Assembly (NCBI GenBank): GCA_902613915.1
Contig: CACMJB010000003.1
Span: 15,214 to 79,213 of the forward strand
Source: an uncultured Pelagibacteraceae bacterium
GTDB lineage: Bacteria > Pseudomonadota > Alphaproteobacteria > Pelagibacterales > Pelagibacteraceae
DNA: 64,000 nt
Direction of reading: 5' to 3'
Within the stretch, counting starts at the first letter, position 1. Each line of letters starts with the position of its first letter. The notes below the pieces were generated by a model. It had not been told where the DNA came from, did not search any database, and was given only the letters and a program-made list of their open reading frames with translations. Below, piece after piece: positions 30,243-40,354 of this stretch. The position numbers and the translations under genes are program-made.

Positions 30243-31182
30243 TTATTTGCAATAAATAATTTGATTTTACCTGCGAAAGATAACTTCTAGAATAAAAATT
30301 TAGTTGTTCTTTTTCTTTAACCTCTCGTATTTCTGCCATAACTTTTTCGTTATCAATTTTTTGAGGAGGCTGACTCTTTTTATCTTGAATTTTAAAAATT
30401 AAAATTGTGTTTGTTTTATATAGAGGTTCAGAAATTTCTCCAACACTTAAGTTTTTTAGAAGCAATCTAATTTCGTCTGATAATGCTTGTTCCTTTACCC
30501 AACCTATTTCTCCACCATTTAGTCCCGTATCAGATATACTATATTTTACCGCTGTTTTTTCAAAGCTTGTTTTATTTATATAGTTTAAGATATCATTAAT
30601 TTTTATTTTATTTTCTTCTTCAGATAATTGAAAAAATTCAATTTCCGAGAGTTTGTAACTTAAGATTGGATTTTGATTGTTAATGATTTTTTTGACAGCT
30701 ATTTCAATTTCGGCATCATCAATAGCTATTTTATTTTTAAACAAATTGTATATTAAATTTTGCCATGAATATTCAATTAAGACCTCATTTTTAAAAAAAT
30801 TAAAATCTAAACCATTTTCTAAAAATTTTTTTTCCAATCCTTTCGTGTCAGTATTAAATTTTAAAGATAAATTTTTGAGATAATTTTGAGTAGCAATGTT
30901 GTCTATACTTAAATTTATTTTATATTTTTTAAGTTCTAAAATTTTTATTTTCAAATTTATCAAATCTTGTATAGAATTATTTTTAGCATTATTAATGTTT
31001 TGTTGGTTCAATTCTTGATTAGTCAAAAATAAAATTGTTCTAATTTTATTTTTTAAGTCGTAATTTGTTATAATTTCTGTTCCAACTTGTGCAATAATTT
31101 TTACCTCTGATTTTGCATTTGAAATAAATAAAAAAAAGATAATTATAAAATTATACAAAAGTACTTTTTTTGGAATTTTCAT
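30235..31182 (-). CDS. surA: SurA-like periplasmic chaperone/parvulin-type peptidyl-prolyl isomerase
   Basis: Signal peptide, a SurA-N-like helical region and a single parvulin domain ('GGEIGWVKEQALSDEI...EISEPLYKTNTILIFKI'). Lies between lptD and pdxA. Confidence 0.8.
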   Translation of the reverse strand: MKIPKKVLLYNFIIIFFLFISNAKSEVKIIAQVGTEIITNYDLKNKIRTILFLTNQELNQQNINNAKNNSIQDLINLKIKILELKKYKINLSIDNIATQNYLKNLSLKFNTDTKGLEKKFLENGLDFNFFKNEVLIEYSWQNLIYNLFKNKIAIDDAEIEIAVKKIINNQNPILSYKLSEIEFFQLSEEENKIKINDILNYINKTSFEKTAVKYSISDTGLNGGEIGWVKEQALSDEIRLLLKNLSVGEISEPLYKTNTILIFKIQDKKSQPPQKIDNEKVMAEIREVKEKEQLNFYSRSYLSQVKSNYLLQIND

Positions 31183-33498
31183 TTATTCAAATGAAGGAGT
31201 GTTAATTTGACCAAAAGGAGATAAAGTAATTTTGAACATTAATGAATTCTCAGATTCTAGCTCTGAATCGTTATAAAATTCTCTTCTATATACCAAACCT
31301 GCTCTTAAACAGTCGTTTAGATATTCATAACTTAGGTCATAATAATCAGTTGAATTAGTTAAAATGTTTCTTTTTGTTTCTGCTGATAAAGTAAAGTTAT
31401 CTTTTTTAAATAGGTTCATTTTTGCTTTAAAGTATTCATTGTTCCCAATATGGTTTTTTTCTTGCAAATACTTTAGGTCAAAATTAAATAAATTATAATT
31501 AAAATTTAATCCTAATTCATTATAATTTAATTCTTTATAATTTTGATCTAAAGAAAAGTTGTAATTCATGGTTAAATTTTGATCCAAAATTTGATAATTA
31601 GTTTCTCCAACAACATCTGAAAATCTTTTGTCTAAACTTGATTTAAGTGGCATTTTGTTGTTATTCCTATCATTAATTACCTGAGCTAGAGAAAAGTCTA
31701 ATTTTTTGTTACTGCTTTCCATCTCATAATCTAAACCTATGGATGCGCTTAATCCAGTTTCAAAATTATTTTTATCCTCTAGACGTTCTAAATTAAAAGC
31801 TTTTTTTGAATTTAATCTAGAACCATTTTTTTGATCTCTCATTTGCCCAGGAGCGTAACGCAAAAATATCTTTGGTGTTAATGAATGATTAATTTCCTCA
31901 TTAAAGTTATTTTTTTCAAAATCTGCTTCTAATAAATATCCGAACGCACCATGTAATTCATTAGTATGATCTTCTTTATATCCATCAATATTAGAAATTT
32001 CATAATTAACATTTTTTAATTGTGCAGATAATTGTGAATTAATTCCAGGTACTATAGTGTCTTTATTTTTTTTCCAAAAAATGTCATTTGTTAAAAATTT
32101 AGATAATTTATTTGTATCATAGTTATGAACTTTAAAATTAGATTGTAAGTCTATTTCACCAATTTCGAAGTCACTTATCAAATTTTTGTCTAATAATATT
32201 TCTGGTAAAATATATTCGTACTTATCGTTATAATCATCCTTTAGCGTTCTATAAACACTTGAATTAAAACCTAAATGTAAATCATCTGTTTGATGGTTAA
32301 ATTTAATCGAATTTTCAAGTGTATCAGTTTTACTATTCACTAAAGGTGTATCAATATTATATAATTTTAAGTATTTCCTATTATTTACATTTTGAAGTTT
32401 TACGCTTAAAGAATTTTCAAAATTGTTATTTTTAAAAATCTTTGTGAAGTCGGAAAAGAAATGCATTTTATCTCCTGATTTTTTCTTCGCATCTGTTTTT
32501 TTATAGCCTTCGGTAAAACCAAAATCAAAAATTAAATTAGAGTCTGTAAATGCTCTTCTATATTCTCCAAGAAAAATTGGATTTTCCGAAGTAAATATTT
32601 TTGGCGTAAAAGTAAAGTCTCTATCTTTTGATATAGCCCAATAATAAGGAATTTTTAAACTTGTTCCAAGGTTTTTACTATCATTTAATGTTGGTGGTAA
32701 AAATCCCGATCTACGTTCAACTGTCGGGTCAGGGTGAAAAATTTTTGGAAAATAAAAAATAGGCACGTTATAGATTTTTAAAACAGTATTATCGTAATAA
32801 ATTGTTTTACTTATATCATCATGTGTCATTTTATCTGCTCTTAATTCCCATGGTGGACATTTTTTGTTTTCTCGGTATCCACACATGGTGAACACACTTT
32901 TTGAAAATTCTGTTTTATTATTTTTAATCTTTACAGTATTAGAAAAAATTCTAGGATCGTTTGAGCTATTTATTTTAAATTGATTATCATTTAAAAAAAC
33001 TTTCGCATCTGTACCAATTATTTCTTTAGATGCGATATCTACATAAATCTGTGCAAATTCTAAAATATTTTTATTATTATCAACTAATTTTATTTTTCCT
33101 ATAGATTTTAAAAAGTTATTTTTTAGAGAATATTCAAATTCTTCTAAATATATCAATTTGTTATCAGGACTTTTTAAAGTGGCTGAATTTTTAGAAAATA
33201 TAATCCTATTTTTGTTGTCAAAAGTTATATTTTTGCCATTAATTATATAATTTTCAAGCGTAACTATTGAAGTCTCATTTTTTGTAATTAAAACATCTTC
33301 ATTCTTATTATATTCAGCAAAGTTTGTTTTTAGAGTGTTTCCAACCTTATCTTTAGCAATTACATCATCACTAAACACAGTTAAGTTATTTTCTTTATTA
33401 ATAGTAATTTTTTTAGATTTTATGTTTAATTCTTCCGCTATTGCTTGAGAGCATAAATAAAAAAAAAAGAAAATATAAATAAAAGTTTTATTTTTCAT
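31183..33498 (-). CDS. lptD: LPS-assembly outer membrane protein LptD
   Basis: Signal peptide, an OstA-like N-terminal beta-jellyroll and a large C-terminal barrel. 771 aa. Conserved position upstream of surA. Confidence 0.88.
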   Translation of the reverse strand: MKNKTFIYIFFFFYLCSQAIAEELNIKSKKITINKENNLTVFSDDVIAKDKVGNTLKTNFAEYNKNEDVLITKNETSIVTLENYIINGKNITFDNKNRIIFSKNSATLKSPDNKLIYLEEFEYSLKNNFLKSIGKIKLVDNNKNILEFAQIYVDIASKEIIGTDAKVFLNDNQFKINSSNDPRIFSNTVKIKNNKTEFSKSVFTMCGYRENKKCPPWELRADKMTHDDISKTIYYDNTVLKIYNVPIFYFPKIFHPDPTVERRSGFLPPTLNDSKNLGTSLKIPYYWAISKDRDFTFTPKIFTSENPIFLGEYRRAFTDSNLIFDFGFTEGYKKTDAKKKSGDKMHFFSDFTKIFKNNNFENSLSVKLQNVNNRKYLKLYNIDTPLVNSKTDTLENSIKFNHQTDDLHLGFNSSVYRTLKDDYNDKYEYILPEILLDKNLISDFEIGEIDLQSNFKVHNYDTNKLSKFLTNDIFWKKNKDTIVPGINSQLSAQLKNVNYEISNIDGYKEDHTNELHGAFGYLLEADFEKNNFNEEINHSLTPKIFLRYAPGQMRDQKNGSRLNSKKAFNLERLEDKNNFETGLSASIGLDYEMESSNKKLDFSLAQVINDRNNNKMPLKSSLDKRFSDVVGETNYQILDQNLTMNYNFSLDQNYKELNYNELGLNFNYNLFNFDLKYLQEKNHIGNNEYFKAKMNLFKKDNFTLSAETKRNILTNSTDYYDLSYEYLNDCLRAGLVYRREFYNDSELESENSLMFKITLSPFGQINTPSFE

Positions 33499-34576
33499 TT
33501 ATTTGTAATATTCCAACAGAAGATAAAAGACCAAGAGCAATTACTGGCATCCAAGAGGCTGCAGCAAGAGGTATTCGATCTGTTTGCCCCAAAGCAATAG
33601 AAAGATCTTTAAAGTAATAAACCAATATTGTGACTACTATTCCAGCAAGAATATGGTGAAAATTATTAGATTTTTTTAAAGTGCCCATAGAAAGAATAGC
33701 CGCAAGAGAGGTCATTATAAATAAAAAGAACGGCAATGAAAGAAAAGAGTTTAGTTGTTGATTTAAATGATCTTTGCTGTACCCTTTATCTCTTAAGATA
33801 TTATAATTAACTGATAAATCTAAAAACGACATCGTGTCAAAATTTTTATAAAGATCAAATATGTTTTCATGTGTAAACTTTGAATTAATAATAAGATTTT
33901 CTCTCTCTACTCTATCATTTATACCTTTATTGAATTTATCAATAACAACGTCACTTAAAACCCATTGATTGTTCTCAATATTTGCGCTTTTTGAATATAT
34001 TTTTTCTTTTATCTTAAAGTTATCATCCATTATATAAACAATGATATTCTTTAAATTTACATTTCTTGACTTGTCTGCAGATATTATTCTATGATCATTA
34101 CCAATTCTTTCTTTAATCCATAAACCATTTTCGTTTATAAAAACTAAATGATCTAAATCTCTTGAATACTCCGCCTTTGTTTTTTCATAGAACTTAACTA
34201 AATTTGAAGAAATCGGATTTAAAATTAATAAAACAAGCCAACCTAACATAAACGATGTAATGGCTAATGTAATAAAAATTTTAAAATTTGAATAACCAAA
34301 AACTTTTAAGCTTAATAATTCTGTTTTATTTTTTAAATCTAAAAAATACCACAAACTAGATATAAATATTATGAAAGGTAACAATTTTAGAATTAAATTA
34401 GGGACAAATACAAACGTTAATAATAATGGTAAAAATACTTTTTCTTCAGTGTTTTTAAAAAACTCAACTTCTTCAAACAAATTTAAAATCAAACCAAAGC
34501 AATAACAAATTAAAAAGGCCTTTAACAATGTTTTTAGATATCCTTTTAATATATAATTTAAAATTATTTTGTTCAT
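33488..34576 (-). CDS. lptG: LPS export ABC transporter permease LptG
   Basis: YjgP/YjgQ-family layout (3 TM, periplasmic jellyroll, 3 TM). Second of two tandem paralogues. 4-nt overlap with lptF. Confidence 0.85.
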   Translation of the reverse strand: MNKIILNYILKGYLKTLLKAFLICYCFGLILNLFEEVEFFKNTEEKVFLPLLLTFVFVPNLILKLLPFIIFISSLWYFLDLKNKTELLSLKVFGYSNFKIFITLAITSFMLGWLVLLILNPISSNLVKFYEKTKAEYSRDLDHLVFINENGLWIKERIGNDHRIISADKSRNVNLKNIIVYIMDDNFKIKEKIYSKSANIENNQWVLSDVVIDKFNKGINDRVERENLIINSKFTHENIFDLYKNFDTMSFLDLSVNYNILRDKGYSKDHLNQQLNSFLSLPFFLFIMTSLAAILSMGTLKKSNNFHHILAGIVVTILVYYFKDLSIALGQTDRIPLAAASWMPVIALGLLSSVGILQINEK

Positions 34577-35700
34577 AAATTTTTGTATTCAGTTTTAAAT
34601 CTATTTTTTAATAATAGAACAGATAATGACACTATTAGAAAAGGGGTTATGAAAAATATAGATGTAAGTAATTTAGAATTTCCACTATATCTGATTATTA
34701 ATTCGGCATAGATTAAAACCAAAAAACTTAAACCAAATATATTATATCTATTTATAATGAGGTTTTCTCTCTTTGATTGAATTTTTAATAGCATGAAAGA
34801 GCATATGATTGAAATTACTGGAATATAAAAAGGATATATAATTCTTCTATTAAGTTGGATTGAAACTTCTTTTTTTGCTTTCACATCACATTCATTTCCA
34901 AAAAAACATTCAAAGAGCTTAGCAGTACTTGTTTCTTGAATTTTTGGAATTTTTTTTACATCTGATTTTAGATTTTCAAGTTCAATATTTAATTGATCAA
35001 ATACAATTGAGTCGTTCTGATTATTTTTTTTATCTACTGAAATAATCATTCCATTAAAAAGAATCAATTGTTTTTTTTTAACTATACCTTCATTTGCAGT
35101 TACTATAGTTTCGGAAGAACTATCTTTATATTTATTAAATTTTTCAAGAACTCCAGAATTATCAAATATAAATACTTTTTTAATTTGATTTTCTGATTTT
35201 TCATCAACAAAAAAAGTAAAACCTTTAAAAGAGTTACTAAATTGTTGTGTTCTAATCGTTGGTACAAAAGAATTATAGTTCTCTTTATTAAGTAAATTTC
35301 TAGACTCATTTAAAATATACGGTGTAATAAAAATTGATAAAAGGAGATGAAAAAACATAACAAATAAAGATGATATAAATAACAACTTAACAATTTCAAA
35401 TTTAGCCACACCGGACGTCCACAAAATAACAAATTCATTTTCATGTAGCTGTTTTAGAATAAAAAAAGTTAATGATAGCAAGAAAGAAAGGGGAATAAAT
35501 TTAGTTAAAATACCAAAAAAATTTAACCCCGAATAAAAGAAATAAGTTGAGACAGAATAACCATTGTTTACAATTAAGTCTAAAAAATTTACAGCCTTTA
35601 CTGTTAAAGCTATCATTGATAAACTTACTAAAATAATTAAGAAAGTCTTAACAATTTCAAAAAAAAAACTTCTATAAATATTGTTTTGAAGCATAAACAA
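34573..35700 (-). CDS. lptF: LPS export ABC transporter permease LptF
   Basis: YjgP/YjgQ-family layout. First of the tandem pair and divergent from pepA, as in E. coli. Confidence 0.85.
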   Translation of the reverse strand: MFMLQNNIYRSFFFEIVKTFLIILVSLSMIALTVKAVNFLDLIVNNGYSVSTYFFYSGLNFFGILTKFIPLSFLLSLTFFILKQLHENEFVILWTSGVAKFEIVKLLFISSLFVMFFHLLLSIFITPYILNESRNLLNKENYNSFVPTIRTQQFSNSFKGFTFFVDEKSENQIKKVFIFDNSGVLEKFNKYKDSSSETIVTANEGIVKKKQLILFNGMIISVDKKNNQNDSIVFDQLNIELENLKSDVKKIPKIQETSTAKLFECFFGNECDVKAKKEVSIQLNRRIIYPFYIPVISIICSFMLLKIQSKRENLIINRYNIFGLSFLVLIYAELIIRYSGNSKLLTSIFFITPFLIVSLSVLLLKNRFKTEYKNL

Positions 35701-35845
35701 ATTACATTAATAAATAGTGTTACTATAAATAATGCATCTAAAAGATAAATTCAATCAATGGTTTTATTATGACTAATTATCATTGAATTATGACATTTTT
35801 GGCCATATATAACTAACAAATTATATTATATTTATAATTTAACCT

Positions 35846-37303
35846 ATGACTATAAAAATAAACTATTTTAAAAACCAAATATCAAAAACTAACTCTAATA
35901 CAATTCTTTTTGTTAATGAAAAATTTAATATAAAAGGATTAAAGAAAAATTTTTCAAAATCTGAATTTACTTATGTAGACGATCTATTAAAAACAAGTGA
36001 TCTTAAGAAAAATTTAATCATTTTTGAGATAAATTCAAAAAAAAAGATTATTTTAGTTTCAGTAAAAAATAATAAAAAAAACTCAGAAATAGAAAATTTA
36101 GGAGCAGAACTTTTTGGCAAAATCAATTATGGAAGAAATAATGAATATCATATTAATTCTGACAGCATAAATGAAAAAAATAAAAACTTTTTAGGTCATT
36201 TTCTTCATGGAATAAAATTAAAGTCTTATGAATTCACAAAATATAAGTCTAAAAAGAATTCAAGAATAATAACTATAAATGTATCAGGAAATAAAAATAA
36301 ACCTTCCTTGCAAAGTCAAATTAAATTTAAAGCGATTGAAGATGGAACTTTTTTTGCTCGTGACTTAGTTTCAGAACCGGGAAATATTTTACATCCTGAT
36401 GAATATGCAAAAAGATTAGCAAGTTTAAAAAAAGTAGGTTTAAAAGTTACCATTTTTGACGAAAAAAAATTAAAAAAATTGGGAATGCATTCTTTACTAG
36501 GAGTAGGTATGGGTAGCATAAGAGGGTCTTATTTAGTTTCTTTAGAATGGAATGGAGCAAAAAATAAATCTAAACCTTTAGCATTCGTTGGGAAAGGAGT
36601 GACTTTCGATACAGGAGGCTATTCATTAAAGCCAGCAAAGTTTATGGAAGATATGACTTATGACATGGCTGGTTCAGCCGCTGTAGTTGGGCTAATGAAA
36701 AGTTTGGCTTTAAGAAAAGCGAAAATAAATGCAGTTGGAGTTGTAGGACTTGTAGAAAATATGGTAAGTGGAGTTGCTCAACGACCAGGTGATATTGTAA
36801 AATCTTTTAGTGGAAAAACTATTGAGGTTTTAAATACAGATGCAGAAGGTCGTTTAGTTTTAGCTGACGCTTTAACATATACTGAAAAAAAGTTTCAGCC
36901 TAAATTTATTATCGATTTAGCAACACTAACTGGAGCAATAATTGTTTCTTTAGGTTCTGAATACGCTGGTCTTTTTTCAAACGATGACAAATTATCTAAT
37001 CAAATTTTAAAAGCAGGTGAAATAGTAGAAGAAAAATTGTGGAGAATGCCACTACATAAAAATTATGACAAACTTATAAATTCTAAAAATGCTGATATGC
37101 AAAATATTAATTATGTTGGCGGGGCAGGCTCAACAACTGCTGCACAGTTTTTACAAAGATTCATTATTAACAAGACTCCATGGGCGCATCTCGATATTGC
37201 TGGAATGGCTTTTTCAAAATATGGTGGCTCATTAAATTCGGGTGGAGCTACAGGATTTGGAGTTAGATTATTGAACAAATTAATCGAGGAGTATTATGAG
37301 TAG
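35846..37303 (+). CDS. pepA: Leucyl aminopeptidase (M17)
   Basis: 'GKGVTFDTGGYSLK', 'NTDAEGRLVLADAL' and 'IDLATLTGA'. Confidence 0.96.
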   Translation: MTIKINYFKNQISKTNSNTILFVNEKFNIKGLKKNFSKSEFTYVDDLLKTSDLKKNLIIFEINSKKKIILVSVKNNKKNSEIENLGAELFGKINYGRNNEYHINSDSINEKNKNFLGHFLHGIKLKSYEFTKYKSKKNSRIITINVSGNKNKPSLQSQIKFKAIEDGTFFARDLVSEPGNILHPDEYAKRLASLKKVGLKVTIFDEKKLKKLGMHSLLGVGMGSIRGSYLVSLEWNGAKNKSKPLAFVGKGVTFDTGGYSLKPAKFMEDMTYDMAGSAAVVGLMKSLALRKAKINAVGVVGLVENMVSGVAQRPGDIVKSFSGKTIEVLNTDAEGRLVLADALTYTEKKFQPKFIIDLATLTGAIIVSLGSEYAGLFSNDDKLSNQILKAGEIVEEKLWRMPLHKNYDKLINSKNADMQNINYVGGAGSTTAAQFLQRFIINKTPWAHLDIAGMAFSKYGGSLNSGGATGFGVRLLNKLIEEYYE

Positions 37304-37706
37304 AAAAATTGAACAAACTTTATCAATTATAAAACCTGATGCAGTTGAAAGAAATTTAGTAAATGAAATTAAAGAAATCTTTTTAAAAAATAATTTAATT
37401 ATAAAAGATAGCAAAAAGATCCATATCACCAAAGAAGAAGCAGCAGAATTTTACAAGGTTCATCAATCTAAACCTTTTTATAACGATTTATGTACATATC
37501 TTTCATCTGGTCCGATTGTTGTGATGATCCTTGAAGGGGAAAATGCAATTTTAAATAACCGAAAACTCATGGGGTCAACTAATCCAAAAGATGCCGAGGA
37601 AAAAACAATTAGAAAATTATATGGAATTTCTATTGATAAAAATTCTGTTCATGGGTCTGACTCAATGGAGAACGCTAAAAAAGAAATAGAGTTTTTTTTT
37701 AAATAA
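37296..37706 (+). CDS. ndk: Nucleoside-diphosphate kinase
   Basis: 'EQTLSIIKPDAVERNL', 'YLSSGPIVVMILEG' and active-site 'NSVHGSDS'. Overlaps the pepA end by 8 nt. Confidence 0.96.
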   Translation: MSRKIEQTLSIIKPDAVERNLVNEIKEIFLKNNLIIKDSKKIHITKEEAAEFYKVHQSKPFYNDLCTYLSSGPIVVMILEGENAILNNRKLMGSTNPKDAEEKTIRKLYGISIDKNSVHGSDSMENAKKEIEFFFK

Positions 37707-38270
37707 TTAAATATTACTAAAAACTTTAATAATTGCTTCTGGATATGCTCTATATTCTAGATTTTGTGTTTTATATTTTAATGAAATTACGCTGTCATTA
37801 GATTTTATAAAAAATGATTTTTTCACAATTATACCGCCATCATCTAGTTTATTATTAACATAGTGAACTGTACACCCAGTTTTTTTTTCTTTGTTTTTTA
37901 AAACCCTAGCAAATGTATCAAGACCTTTATATTTAGGAAGCAGAGATGGGTGAATATTGATAATTTTATTTTTGTATTTATTAATTATCTTGCTAGGAAT
38001 TATTTTCATATAACCCGCAAGACAAATAAATGAAATGTTATATTTTTTTAATTCTTTTAAAATTTCATTTTCTGATTTTTTAAATTTTGTATTTACAAAT
38101 TTAAATGGAATCATATATTTTTTTGCAAAATTAACTCCTTCACAATTTTTATTATTATAAATTACTAAATTAATTTTGATTGGAAAGTTTTTTTCTCTAG
38201 AACATAAAATTAGATTTTTTAAATTTGAACCTCTACCAGAGATAAAAACGCAGGTTTTTACTTTTACCAT
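37707..38270 (-). CDS. purN: Phosphoribosylglycinamide formyltransferase
   Basis: 'ISGRGSNL', 'ICLAGYMKI' and 'INIHPSLLPKYKG'. The stop abuts the ndk stop (TAA|TTA). Confidence 0.94.
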   Translation of the reverse strand: MVKVKTCVFISGRGSNLKNLILCSREKNFPIKINLVIYNNKNCEGVNFAKKYMIPFKFVNTKFKKSENEILKELKKYNISFICLAGYMKIIPSKIINKYKNKIINIHPSLLPKYKGLDTFARVLKNKEKKTGCTVHYVNNKLDDGGIIVKKSFFIKSNDSVISLKYKTQNLEYRAYPEAIIKVFSNI

Positions 38271-39292
38271 TTTAATGAATTTATTAAATTAATTTTATTT
38301 TTGTCTTTTGAAATAAATCCAATTTCATAAGGTTGAAATTTTTTTGAAAAAAAGGACTTAATTTTTGCAATGTTTTTCTTAGGTACAATAATGCAGAACC
38401 CAACCCCACAATTAAATGTTCTTAGCATTTCTTTATCAGAAATATTTTTGCTTTTAATCCATTTAAATATTTCCAAAATTCTAATTTTTGCTAAATCTAT
38501 ATTTAAATTCAAATCTTTAGGTATGGACCTCATTAAATTTTCAATTAAACCACCCCCAGTAATATGAGCTGAGGCATTTATCAAATCCTTGTTTACTAAT
38601 TTTAATATTTCTTCTGAGTAAATTTTAGTTGGTCTAAGTAATTCTTTTTTAAGTTTACTTGGAATTTTATTTTTATTTAAAATTGATCTTACTAGAGAAT
38701 ATCCATTTGAATGTATTCCAGATGATGGTATTGCTAGTACAATATCATTTTGTTTGACTTTATTTTTATCTAATATTTTTTTTTTTGATACTATTCCGAC
38801 ACTAAAGCCAGCTAAATCAAATTTATTTTTTGAATAAATACCTGGCATTTCTGCTGTCTCTCCACCAATTAACTTACAATTAGATAATTCACAGCCTTTA
38901 AAAATACCTTTTAAAATTTTTTTTGTTTTTAATAAATTTAACTTTCCTACAGCAATATAATCTAAAAAGAATAAAGGTTTTGCTCCTTGAACAATTAAAT
39001 CATTAACACACATAGCCACAAGGTCAATTCCTATGGTGTCAAACTTTTTAAATTTATTTGCTAAGTCTAATTTTGTTCCGACACCATCAGTGCAAGATAC
39101 GATTACTGGATCTTTAATTTTATAATTGCTTATGTCGAATAATGAACCAAATCCACCAATTCCATCATTAATAGAATTGGATTTCTTTTTTTTGACATTC
39201 TTTTTTGATACATTTGAGATATAATTCACGAGTTTATTAGCCAATGAAATATTAACACCACTTTTTTTATAGCTATTATTATTTCTTTTCAT
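38264..39292 (-). CDS. purM: Phosphoribosylformylglycinamidine cyclo-ligase
   Basis: 'SYKKSGVNI', 'SCTDGVGTKL', 'DYIAVGKL' and 'GGETAEMPG'. Confidence 0.96.
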   Translation of the reverse strand: MKRNNNSYKKSGVNISLANKLVNYISNVSKKNVKKKKSNSINDGIGGFGSLFDISNYKIKDPVIVSCTDGVGTKLDLANKFKKFDTIGIDLVAMCVNDLIVQGAKPLFFLDYIAVGKLNLLKTKKILKGIFKGCELSNCKLIGGETAEMPGIYSKNKFDLAGFSVGIVSKKKILDKNKVKQNDIVLAIPSSGIHSNGYSLVRSILNKNKIPSKLKKELLRPTKIYSEEILKLVNKDLINASAHITGGGLIENLMRSIPKDLNLNIDLAKIRILEIFKWIKSKNISDKEMLRTFNCGVGFCIIVPKKNIAKIKSFFSKKFQPYEIGFISKDKNKINLINSLKW

Positions 39293-39312
39293 TTATAAAA
39301 TGATAATTTTTT

Positions 39313-40353
39313 ATGAAATTTTTTATACAAGTTATACTTATTTTAATTATTTTTTTTAAAACTGGAAATCTTTTATCAGATAATAATTTATTTAGTGTTA
39401 ATAATATTATATTAGAAAAAAAGGGAAATAATTCGACCAATCAGTTAGCTAATCAGGCAATTAAAAAAGGATTTGACCAATTAATACAAAAAATTTTGAT
39501 GAAAGAAGATATTAGCAAAGTTGCTAATCTTAAATACTCAGATATTAAAAATTTAGTCACTTATTATAATATTTTAAAAAACACGCAAGATAATAATAAC
39601 AAAATAAATTTTAGTGTTACTTTTGATAAAGATAAAATGCATGATTTATTTTATAAAAAAGGAATTTCTTATTCAGATATTGATGATAAAGAATTTTATA
39701 TTTTACCAATTTTTTTGGATGGTAATGAAGCTAATGTTTTTTCAAACAATTTTTATTATGAAAATTGGAATAATAATGAAAAAGATGAAATAGTAGAATT
39801 TATTCTTCCATTAGAAAATATTGAAATTATTGAAAATATAAACCAAAACATAAAAAATTTACTAGATTTAAACTTAAATTTTATTTTTAAAGAATATTCA
39901 AAAAAAAATGTTGGTATAGCTTTAGTTGAAAGTAGTAAATTGAATGAAAAAAAAAGTTATATTAAATTAAAGATTCACAATAAAACCATTTCAAAAAATT
40001 TAATTTTTAATAATAAAGATATGAATGAAACTCAATTTAATGAAAAGGTAATAAATGGCATTAAAGATGAAATTATTAACTTAATTAAATCACAAAATTT
40101 AATAGATATAAGAACTCCATCTTTTATAAATGTAAAATTTAATTTAAATGAAAATAATAACTTAGTTATATTAAATGAAAAAATAAAAAAAATTGATTTA
40201 ATCGAAAATGTGTTTGTGCAAGATTTTAATAAAGATTATGTTAATTTAAAGGTTAAATATTTAGGTAATTTAGAAAAAATAATAAATCAACTCAATAGTA
40301 TAAATATAAATTTATTAATAAGAAACGAGCAATGGATTATTGAAATATTCTAA
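39313..40353 (+). CDS. Secreted hypothetical protein (possibly DUF2066-like, by position between purMN and hda)
   Basis: Signal peptide 'VILILIIFFKTGNLLS'. 346 aa, N/K/I-rich, with no motif I recognise. As I recall, a signal-peptide protein of similar size occupies the same purM-X-hda position in Pseudomonas. Confidence 0.45.
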   Translation: MKFFIQVILILIIFFKTGNLLSDNNLFSVNNIILEKKGNNSTNQLANQAIKKGFDQLIQKILMKEDISKVANLKYSDIKNLVTYYNILKNTQDNNNKINFSVTFDKDKMHDLFYKKGISYSDIDDKEFYILPIFLDGNEANVFSNNFYYENWNNNEKDEIVEFILPLENIEIIENINQNIKNLLDLNLNFIFKEYSKKNVGIALVESSKLNEKKSYIKLKIHNKTISKNLIFNNKDMNETQFNEKVINGIKDEIINLIKSQNLIDIRTPSFINVKFNLNENNNLVILNEKIKKIDLIENVFVQDFNKDYVNLKVKYLGNLEKIINQLNSININLLIRNEQWIIEIF

Positions 40354-40354
40354 A

